From Desulfotalea psychrophila LSv54 (GTDB lineage Bacteria > Desulfobacterota > Desulfobulbia > Desulfobulbales > Desulfocapsaceae): DNA of 32,000 bases. The notes under the pieces are model-generated. The model did no database searches, was not told the DNA's origin, and was given only the letters and a program-made list of their open reading frames with translations. The DNA is taken from assembly GCF_000025945.1 (NCBI RefSeq), contig NC_006138.1:1410001-1442000 (forward strand), given 5' to 3'. The translations under genes were made by a program, and so were the position numbers. Positions 16,781 to 25,077 of this stretch are shown piece by piece (position 1 is the stretch's first letter; each line of letters starts with the position of its first letter).

Positions 16781-16818
16781 GGCGAATAAACCACTTGGGT
16801 TTATTCGCCTTTTTTTTT
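16781..16818. terminator. terminator shared by the convergent MCP gene and cstA
   Basis: GGCGAATAAACC-ACTTG-GGTTTATTCGCC: 12-bp perfect stem, followed by T9 on the plus strand. An A9 run precedes it, so it gives a weaker TTTCC tail on the minus strand. Confidence 0.9.
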
Positions 16819-16835
16819 GCAAGCTTGTTAAACCC

Positions 16836-18266
16836 TTACTCTTCTATCTTCCAAAGATGCGCGCCCTCTTCCAGGGGCTTGGTGTAGATGAGGAAGGCGA
16901 CGAGGACCGCTATGGCAATAACTACGCCAGCGATATTTGACAGGGTAGAGTCCAGCTCAAAACCGATCTTGGCCTGGAGGATGAATGCTGCATCAACCGC
17001 GGTCATAAAGGTGGCAGGGATGGTGCATATCCAGTGAAGTTTTCTCTTTTTGACCAGATAGATGGCTGCCGTCCAGAGCATCATCATGGAGAGCATCTGG
17101 TTGGACCAACCAAAGTAGCGCCATACGGTGGTGAACTCGACATTACTGATGGCAAAGGCCACGGCAAAGAGGGGGATGGCAATTATCAGTCGCAGGCCAG
17201 GTCGGTTCTGCTTGATATTAACGATCTCTGCAATAATCAAACGGGTGGATCGAAAGGCCGTATCACCACTGGAGATAGGCAGGATGATAACGCCCATGAT
17301 TGCCAGAAAACCACCGACGGGGCCCAGCAGGGTGTTACATGCTTCATTGACCACTGCGGCAGGGGAGCCGGTAGCAATTACAGCACTGAGTGCCTCGGGG
17401 GTCTGGTAGAAGGAGAGACCAATGGTAACCCAGACAAGGGCGATAATACCCTCCATGATCATTGAACCATAGAAGACGGATCGGCCGTGGGACTCATTTT
17501 GTACGCAACGTGCCATCAGCGGTGATTGGGTGGAGTGAAAACCACTGATCGCACCGCAGGACAGGGTGATGAAGAGAAGAGGCCAGATAGGCTTGTCTGC
17601 CGGGTGAGTATTGGTGAAAAAATCAAGGTTTGGCAGAATCTCATAGCCGTGGAAGATCAAACCGCCAATAACGCCAAAGGTCATGAATATGAGGAGGGCG
17701 CCGAAAAATGGATAGAGACGACCAATGATCTTGTCGATGGGGAGGATGGTGGCGATGAAATAGTAAAAGAAGATACAGCCGATCAGTATCTGAACATTGA
17801 CTCCCGTCAGCTGGTGGAGAAGCTTTGCCGGTCCCAGGATGAAAACAACACCAACAAGGAGGAGGAGGACGATGGAAAATATGCGCAGGGTCTGTCGTGC
17901 CGGCATTCCCATAATGTCACCAACTACCTCAGGGATAGACTTTCCGCCGCTACGCAGAGAAAGCATACCACTAAAATAGTCGTGGACAGCGCCGCCAAAG
18001 ATACAGCCAATAACTACCCAGATGAGGGCAGATGGGCCGTATAGAGCACCGAGGATTGGTCCGAATATGGGGCCAAGTCCCGCAATATCAAGGAGCTGGA
18101 TGAAGAACACCTTCCAGGTCGGCATGGCGATATAGTCAACGCCCTCTTCCTTGGTGCTACAGGGGGTTGCCCGGTTGCGGTCAATGCCAAAGATCTTTTC
18201 AACAAAGACCCCGTAGGTGAAGTAGCCCAAGATCAACAGGCCAACACAGGTAAAAAAGAAAAGCAT
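16836..18266 (-). CDS. cstA: carbon starvation protein CstA family transporter (short form)
   Basis: 476 aa, polytopic. CstA blocks FIQLLDIAGLGPIFGPILGALYGP, GAVHDYFSGMLS, SCGAISGFHSTQSPLMAR. Shorter than the ~700-aa E. coli CstA/BtsT type. GGGAGGAAA SD before the ATG. Confidence 0.88.
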   Translation of the reverse strand: MLFFFTCVGLLILGYFTYGVFVEKIFGIDRNRATPCSTKEEGVDYIAMPTWKVFFIQLLDIAGLGPIFGPILGALYGPSALIWVVIGCIFGGAVHDYFSGMLSLRSGGKSIPEVVGDIMGMPARQTLRIFSIVLLLLVGVVFILGPAKLLHQLTGVNVQILIGCIFFYYFIATILPIDKIIGRLYPFFGALLIFMTFGVIGGLIFHGYEILPNLDFFTNTHPADKPIWPLLFITLSCGAISGFHSTQSPLMARCVQNESHGRSVFYGSMIMEGIIALVWVTIGLSFYQTPEALSAVIATGSPAAVVNEACNTLLGPVGGFLAIMGVIILPISSGDTAFRSTRLIIAEIVNIKQNRPGLRLIIAIPLFAVAFAISNVEFTTVWRYFGWSNQMLSMMMLWTAAIYLVKKRKLHWICTIPATFMTAVDAAFILQAKIGFELDSTLSNIAGVVIAIAVLVAFLIYTKPLEEGAHLWKIEE

Positions 18267-18322
18267 TTGTTTCCTCCCTAGGTAAATGTGAATAAAACTA
18301 CTTTAGTTATGTTAGCACTCTA

Positions 18323-18366
18323 GGGGGGGGGATGTCGTTTTTTTTTGTGAGGGGGAATATTTTTTT
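18323..18366. repeat. homopolymer cluster G9-T9-G5-T7 upstream of cstA
   Basis: Read directly: G9 at 18323-18331, T9 at 18338-18346, G5 at 18351-18355, T7 at 18360-18366. This is 57-100 nt upstream of the cstA start; on the coding strand it reads A7-C5-A9-C9. Confidence 0.85.
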
Positions 18367-18411
18367 GGTGAAAGGTCGTTTTTTAGTGGTGTGCGGTCAT
18401 AACGGGAGGGC

Positions 18412-18423
18412 GAAATGCATTTC
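18412..18423. promoter_or_regulatory. perfect 12-bp palindrome GAAATGCATTTC upstream of cstA
   Basis: Self-complementary 12-mer about 150 nt upstream of the cstA ATG. Flanking GGTGAAA (18367-18373) and TTTCACC (18420-18426) form a second, wider inverted repeat. Function unknown. Confidence 0.3.
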
Positions 18424-18433
18424 ACCAGCAGGT

Positions 18434-18458
18434 AGAGACGTCGATTTATCGCGTCTCT
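18434..18458. other. hairpin AGAGACG..CGTCTCT downstream of the HD gene
   Basis: 7-bp outer stem plus a 3-bp inner stem (CGA/TCG) with one bulge and a 4-nt loop. Lies about 100 nt after the HD gene stop on the minus strand. No U-tract on either strand. Confidence 0.3.
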
Positions 18459-18553
18459 TCTACAGGTAAGCATTGCTGGTAGATGGCATCCAGCATGGAA
18501 GAGAGGCGATATCGGCGTCCTGTAGCAGAGAGGGGCGTGGAGGCTTGTTTCTC

Positions 18554-19159
18554 CTAGAGAGAGACATCTGAAACAGATAAAATAGTCTTTTCTGGCGGAA
18601 AATCAAGGAAAGAAAAGAGCAGATCTTCAAGCAGATAACAGGTCGAGAAGTTGACTCGTATGGCTGCTATGATAGCAGGATCTTTTTTACCATATCTGTC
18701 AATGATATAGACCAGTCTTTCATCTAAAGAGACGACCTGGTCGTGTAGCACCCTCTTATCTGCGTAGTAGACCAGTCCGCGGGCGTCAATATAGCCGTCC
18801 CGATATCTCCCAGGGTCAAAAGAGCTGTATATGACATGTTCAGAGACAATCTGGGCGATTTCAGGAAAACCAAGATCTAGGCAGATTTGGCCACCGATCT
18901 CGGCATGACGACAGCCCTCCCGTAGACAGCGTGTCTTGGCAATGTCATGGAGGAGGGCTCCGGCAACGACCAGTCCTCTTTCAGGCAACTCTCTTACGCT
19001 TGGTACGAGGCAGAGCTGATCGGTGAGTGCCGCTGCTACCCGTGCCACTTGGCGAGAGTGGTCCCGGATATTATCCAGCATGGCAAAGTCCTCAATATAT
19101 TGTAAACACTCGCTGACGCTAGGATAGTTGGCAGCGAGCATTTTGGTTGAAGATGTCAT
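18554..19159 (-). CDS. HD-domain metal-dependent phosphohydrolase (HDIG/YqeK-like)
   Basis: The tracked ORF 18554..19243 overlaps hemE. ATG 19159 lies 1 nt after the hemE stop (TAA-T-ATG). HD motif series: HSRQVARVA, GALLHDIAKT, HAEIGG, SEHV, YYADKR. Confidence 0.75.
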   Translation of the reverse strand: MTSSTKMLAANYPSVSECLQYIEDFAMLDNIRDHSRQVARVAAALTDQLCLVPSVRELPERGLVVAGALLHDIAKTRCLREGCRHAEIGGQICLDLGFPEIAQIVSEHVIYSSFDPGRYRDGYIDARGLVYYADKRVLHDQVVSLDERLVYIIDRYGKKDPAIIAAIRVNFSTCYLLEDLLFSFLDFPPEKTILSVSDVSL

Positions 19160-19160
19160 A

Positions 19161-20180
19161 TTATTTGCAGCTGAGCTCATGGACGGCATCAACGGCAATC
19201 CTGGCCTGTTCAGGCGGGGTAAACTGGTGAATTCCATGTCCAAGATTAAAGATATGTCCCTTTACCTCCTTGGCATCCTCGAGGATTGTACCAATGCGCT
19301 TACGGAGTTTATCCTTGGGCAGGAGAAGGGCAAATGGATCAATATTTCCCTGTAGGGCAATGCCTGGAACTCTTTTGCCCGCATCACCGATATTTATCCG
19401 CCAGTCAAGGCCGAGAACACTGGCTCCTGAGCTTGCCGACATTTCAAGCAGGGTCGAACCATTATTGGCGAAATAGATAATGGGCAGGTCAAACTGCTGG
19501 AGGCTGGCGATAATTCTTCGCACGTAGGGCAGGGCAAAGACCTCAAAGTCGCAGGGGGCAAGTACACCTGCCCAACTGTCAAAGATCTGCAGGGCCTGGG
19601 CCCCGGCTCGTGCCTGCGCCTGCAGGTAGAGGATGGTCGCCTGAGTGATTTTTTCCATGATGCCATGGAAAAGCTCCGGCTGGGTGAACATCATCTTCTT
19701 GGTTTCCCAAAATACCTTGGAGGAGCCACCTTCAATGAGGTAGGTGGCACAGGTAAAGGGAGCGCCGGCAAAGCCGATCAGCGGTACCTGTAACTCTCCC
19801 CTGAGAAGACGGATGGTCTCCATTACAAATCCCGTCGCATCATCAGCATCGGGGATGATCAGGGCATCGAGTGCGGTTTGATCTTTGATGGGGTTGGGGA
19901 ATACAGGGCCACAACCCTCGTTGAATTCCAACTTGGCCCCCATGGCCTCCATGAGAATAAGGATGTCTGAAAAGAGGATGGCAGCATCCATGCCAAGGAG
20001 GTCAACGGGTTGCAGGGTCACCTCAACACAGAGCGCAGGGTTCTTGCAAAGCTCTAAAAAGCTCACCTTGCCACGGATTTTTTGATAAGCAGGTAAGTAA
20101 CGACCTGCCTGGCGCATCATCCAGATAGGGGTATAGTCGGTTTTTTCGCCGCGACAGGCCTTTAAAAAAGTATCATTCAT
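19161..20180 (-). CDS. hemE: uroporphyrinogen decarboxylase
   Basis: 339 aa. URO-D signature PIWMMRQAGRYLPAYQ, QPVDLLGMDAAILFSDIL, GFAGAPFT, FDSWAG, NLGHGI. Confidence 0.92.
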   Translation of the reverse strand: MNDTFLKACRGEKTDYTPIWMMRQAGRYLPAYQKIRGKVSFLELCKNPALCVEVTLQPVDLLGMDAAILFSDILILMEAMGAKLEFNEGCGPVFPNPIKDQTALDALIIPDADDATGFVMETIRLLRGELQVPLIGFAGAPFTCATYLIEGGSSKVFWETKKMMFTQPELFHGIMEKITQATILYLQAQARAGAQALQIFDSWAGVLAPCDFEVFALPYVRRIIASLQQFDLPIIYFANNGSTLLEMSASSGASVLGLDWRINIGDAGKRVPGIALQGNIDPFALLLPKDKLRKRIGTILEDAKEVKGHIFNLGHGIHQFTPPEQARIAVDAVHELSCK

Positions 20181-20211
20181 AGGAACTCGATATCTATAGG
20201 GTTATTATTAT

Positions 20212-21270
20212 TTATCTCATCTTTTTCGGGGTGTAACTGCAGAATGGCTCTTCTGCAAGGTAGTCACCGGTCATAGCATAGGCTCTGGCCCGGCAGCCGC
20301 CGCAGACATTGACGTATTCGCAACAGCCACAGCTTCCCTTGTAGTTTTTGAAATCCCGTAATTCCTTGAACAGTGGGGCATCTTCCCAGATATGTTGGAA
20401 GCTTTCCGTCTTTATGTTGCCAGCAGATTTTGGGAAGTAGCTACAGGGGAGGACTTCGCCATCCACATCAATGAGGCAGATGAGTTGGCCGGCAAGACAA
20501 CCCTTGGAACCTCCCGTTGAAAACTGGAGATTACGGCGGGTAAAGGTTTCTCCCTCTTCCTGGGCCTTTTGTCGAACGATTCGGTAGTAATGGGGGGCAC
20601 AGGTGGGACGCATGAGCAGGGCGTCTTCATTTTTTTCTGTCTGATAATGCCATTCCAGTATCTCGTCGTAGACATCCACAGGGATGAGCTCTTCCATGAT
20701 CTCTTCACCCCGCCCCGTCGGCACAATCATAAACATATACCAGGCAGTTGCTCCCTTCTCCTTTACCAGGCGGTAGATGTCGGGGATTTCGTGCCGGTTG
20801 CGAACGGTGAAGGAGGAGTTTACCAAAAATGGAATATCATATTTTTGAAAGAGTTCGATGGCGTGCATTGTTCCGGTAAAGGCCCCCTTTTGATTGCGGA
20901 AATCATCGTGGGTGGCGGCAGTTGCTCCATCCAGGCTCAGGGAGACCATGCGGATATTTGTCTTCTTTATTTTCAGGCAGACCTCATCTGTCACCAAGGT
21001 ACCGTTGGTGGCAAGGCACATACGCAGGCCCTGGTCCGTGCCATATTGGGCGATATCAAAAATATCTTCACGCAACAGGGGCTCACCACCGGAGAGCACC
21101 AGTACAGGCTTGGCATATGAGGTGATCTTGTCGATGATTTGTTTGGCCTCCTGGAGGCTGAAATCCGGATGGGCCACAACGTCCAGCTCAGATGAACTGC
21201 GACAGTGTACGCATTTAAGGTTGCAGCGTCTTGTTGTTTCCCAGGCTATCCATTTTGGTTCAAAATTCAT
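20212..21270 (-). CDS. ahbD: radical SAM/SPASM protein of the AhbD/NirJ type (putative anaerobic coproheme decarboxylase / heme b synthase)
   Basis: 352 aa. Radical [11 protein letters not shown] (CX3CX2C), a [10 protein letters not shown] block, and a C-terminal SPASM-type Cys cluster ([42 protein letters not shown]). I recognise this pattern from AhbD/NirJ tetrapyrrole-modifying enzymes. The family call is fairly secure; the exact reaction is not. Confidence 0.65.
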   Translation of the reverse strand: MNFEPKWIAWETTRRCNLKCVHCRSSSELDVVAHPDFSLQEAKQIIDKITSYAKPVLVLSGGEPLLREDIFDIAQYGTDQGLRMCLATNGTLVTDEVCLKIKKTNIRMVSLSLDGATAATHDDFRNQKGAFTGTMHAIELFQKYDIPFLVNSSFTVRNRHEIPDIYRLVKEKGATAWYMFMIVPTGRGEEIMEELIPVDVYDEILEWHYQTEKNEDALLMRPTCAPHYYRIVRQKAQEEGETFTRRNLQFSTGGSKGCLAGQLICLIDVDGEVLPCSYFPKSAGNIKTESFQHIWEDAPLFKELRDFKNYKGSCGCCEYVNVCGGCRARAYAMTGDYLAEEPFCSYTPKKMR

Positions 21271-21661
21271 CGTATTATAAGGCTCCTTGCAGGTGGATCT
21301 TGCCGTTTAAGACAAAGTCCAAGTCTTTTTTATTCATAATGTTATGGGCATTGAGATTGTGATTTTGCAATATTCTAACTATATTACCCTTTTGGCCAAT
21401 GCGCAAAGCTAAATTCAATATGCCGGGTCAGTAGTATGTCGTTTTCATAGAAATCAGACTTATCTTTTATAAGTTGCTCTCCCACCTTTTTTTTATGGAA
21501 CTAATAGCGTATATTGCATAATTTGGTGTGGTTTTCAGAAGTATACGGGCGTGAAAAAGAGTGACTGATGAACATTGTTCTGCCGTATACAGTTTGGTGC
21601 GGTTATTCCTCTTTTGGAGGAAGCTTAAATAAAAATTTGGAAGTGAAATAGCGAGGTTTCG

Positions 21662-22966
21662 ATGCTCATAGAACCTAAGATGATAGGTAGTTCTGAGGGC
21701 CAGGCCCTCCTTGAGAGTCTGCTGAACCGTTTTCAGATAGGTGATTCTGGTTGCCAATCTGCGGTCGAAGATATTTTAACTGCTGTAAGGCAGGAGGGTG
21801 ATGCGGCAGTTGTTAAGTACTGTCGCCGCTTTGATTGTCCTGATATGACGGCCTCGGCCCTGGCTGTGACTGCGGCAGAGATAGCTGCGGCCTATGAGCT
21901 TGTCGATGCGGCTTTTCTTGAGACCCTGGCAGCCGCGATTGAGCGTATCCACTCCTTTCATGAGCGGGAGATGGAAGATTCATGGATGCAGACCCGTGAG
22001 GATGGGACCATTGTTGGTCGCCTTGTCCGTCCCGTTGATTCGGCTGGGCTCTATGTGCCGGGCGGTACGGGCGGGTCAACCCCGTTGGTCTCTTCGGTGT
22101 TGATGAATGGTATTCCGGCGGGTATTGCCGGGGTGACTACTCGGGTTATGGTGACTCCGCCTGGTAAGGATGGTAAGATCAGCCCCCATCTTCTCGTTGC
22201 TGCAACAGAAATAGGTATTACTGAGATCTATAAGGCAGGTTCTGCCTGGGGCATTGCCGCCCTTGCCTATGGCACGGCCACCATTCCCAGGGTAGATGTT
22301 ATTGTCGGCCCGGGTAATCAGTTTGTCACCGAGGCCAAGCGATTGGTTTCCGGCATGGTGCGTATCGATATGATTGCCGGACCATCCGAGGTACTTATCG
22401 TGGCCGATGAAACGGCAGACCCTGTCTATATAGCAGCGGATATGCTTGCTCAGGCAGAGCATGATCCTCAGGCCCTCTCCATTCTTCTTACAACGGATAG
22501 GCAGGTGGCAGAGGCCGTTCCGGCTGAGATAGAGCGTCAGCTCAAAACCCTCTCTCGGGCTGAGATTGCCGAGAAATCCATCGTTGATCGTGCTGTTATT
22601 TTGGTGGTGGCGGATATCGAAGAGGCCATTGGTTTGGCTAACGATATTGCCATTGAGCATCTTGAATTGATGATTGTCGATCCCTGGGCGCAGGTGCCGC
22701 ATATTCGCCATGCAGGGGCCATCTTTTTGGGCAGTCATACCCCCGAGGCGGCAGGTGATTATTTTGCCGGGCCAAATCATGTGCTTCCCACCATGGGGAC
22801 GGCTCGTTTTGCCTCTGCCCTTGGGGTGGAAACTTTTTTGAAGAAGAGTTCTATTATTAGTTATTCCCAGACAGCCCTGCAAAATGATGCCGAGCATATT
22901 CAACGTCTGGCAAACCTGGAAGGTCTTACCGCCCACGCAAATTCCGTGGCCGTACGAGTGAAATAA
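21662..22966 (+). CDS. hisD: histidinol dehydrogenase
   Basis: 434 aa. GPGNQFVTEAKR, IDMIAGPSEVLIVAD, AQAEHD, EHLEL, GDYFAGPNHVLPT. GAGG SD 5 nt before ATG 21662. Confidence 0.92.
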   Translation: MLIEPKMIGSSEGQALLESLLNRFQIGDSGCQSAVEDILTAVRQEGDAAVVKYCRRFDCPDMTASALAVTAAEIAAAYELVDAAFLETLAAAIERIHSFHEREMEDSWMQTREDGTIVGRLVRPVDSAGLYVPGGTGGSTPLVSSVLMNGIPAGIAGVTTRVMVTPPGKDGKISPHLLVAATEIGITEIYKAGSAWGIAALAYGTATIPRVDVIVGPGNQFVTEAKRLVSGMVRIDMIAGPSEVLIVADETADPVYIAADMLAQAEHDPQALSILLTTDRQVAEAVPAEIERQLKTLSRAEIAEKSIVDRAVILVVADIEEAIGLANDIAIEHLELMIVDPWAQVPHIRHAGAIFLGSHTPEAAGDYFAGPNHVLPTMGTARFASALGVETFLKKSSIISYSQTALQNDAEHIQRLANLEGLTAHANSVAVRVK

Positions 22967-22967
22967 T

Positions 22968-23621
22968 ATGAGTTTTGATTTTTATAATGAGCTTTCCCGT
23001 GGTTGTCAGGCCATGGGCATAGAGCTTGATCGACCAGGGCAGGAGAGGCTCTACACCTATTTTGTTGAGCTGAAGAAGTGGAGTCAAAAGGTAAATCTCA
23101 TTGCCAAGGGCACAGGCGAGGCCGAGATTGTCGAGAATCATTTTTTAGATTCCTTGGCCCTTCTGCCCCTCCTGCCCGAGGGTGCCGGTCTGCTCGATAT
23201 TGGTACCGGTGCTGGCCTGCCGGGCCTTATCTGTAAGGCGGCCCGTCCCGATCTCCGCCTGTTTCTGGTGGAGCCCCGAGCCAAGCGGGTGAGCTTTTTG
23301 CGGCATATAGTCCGTACCCTGCAACTTGAGGGGGTGGAGATCTATTGTAGTCGGATTGAGGATGAACCAGAGCTGTTTGCGTCGGAGGATATTAGTTATA
23401 TCACCAGCCGGGCTGTTTCTGATATCAGTGGATTTCTGGCTATGACGGAGGGTTTTAAGTCTCCCCATATTCGTCGTCTCTGTTTGAAGGGTCCGCGCTG
23501 GCAGGAGGAACTTGCCGAGGCAGATGAGGTGCTTGCGGCGGGTAATTATCAGCGAGAAAAGGTGGTGGAGTATCTTCTCCCCTTTTCCGGCGCCGAACGC
23601 GCAATTGTGGTACTGCGATAG
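22968..23621 (+). CDS. rsmG: 16S rRNA (guanine527-N7)-methyltransferase
   Basis: 217 aa. GidB/RsmG blocks LKKWSQKVNLIA, ENHFLDSL, SAM motif LLDIGTGAGLPGL, VEPRAKRVSFL. ATG lies 1 nt after the hisD stop. Confidence 0.85.
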   Translation: MSFDFYNELSRGCQAMGIELDRPGQERLYTYFVELKKWSQKVNLIAKGTGEAEIVENHFLDSLALLPLLPEGAGLLDIGTGAGLPGLICKAARPDLRLFLVEPRAKRVSFLRHIVRTLQLEGVEIYCSRIEDEPELFASEDISYITSRAVSDISGFLAMTEGFKSPHIRRLCLKGPRWQEELAEADEVLAAGNYQREKVVEYLLPFSGAERAIVVLR

Positions 23622-23701
23622 CCCACCGCTGTTTTAGCCGGTTGAGGTTTTATGTGGTTGTCCCTCTTGGGGTGATCACCTGTAAAGAAGACAAAGAATA
23701 A

Positions 23702-24784
<1,083 letters not shown>

Positions 24785-24884
24785 GACTTTCTGCAAAATT
24801 TTATGCAGGCCTTGCAGCCGGGGTTGCTCTTTATTGAAAAGCCCCATTTTTTAAGCGACCCAGATAATTGTTTTTTGTAGGATG

Positions 24885-24913
24885 AACCCACCATTTTTAT
24901 GGTGGGTTTTTTT
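24885..24913 (+). terminator. rho-independent terminator after leuB
   Basis: AACCCACCAT-TTTT-ATGGTGGGTT: 10-bp perfect stem, running into a T-tract (T7). Confidence 0.88.
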
Positions 24914-25077
24914 ATGCCTAGCGGATTTTATTCATTATTTTTGCCGAGAAACATATTTGGACAGATGATCATATACTTGCTAAGGTTAAATAAATTAATA
25001 GACCTTGTCCGGATCTATTATTTCTGTTGAAGAAATGTGTTTTAGATTCTTTACTTAAAAAAAAAACCCCTCTTTTT

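Noticed and set aside
16731-16940. 69-aa plus-strand ORF after the MCP gene
   Set aside because: It runs through the bidirectional terminator and into the antisense of the cstA 3' end, so it is not plausible as a gene.
21467-21757. 96-aa minus-strand ORF in the ahbD-like/hisD divergent region
   Set aside because: It overlaps the hisD start by about 95 nt, lies in AT-rich promoter DNA and matches no recognisable family.
22076-22936. 286-aa minus-strand ORF
   Set aside because: It is antisense to hisD, whose motifs are unambiguous. It is rich in Gly, Arg and His with no family resemblance.
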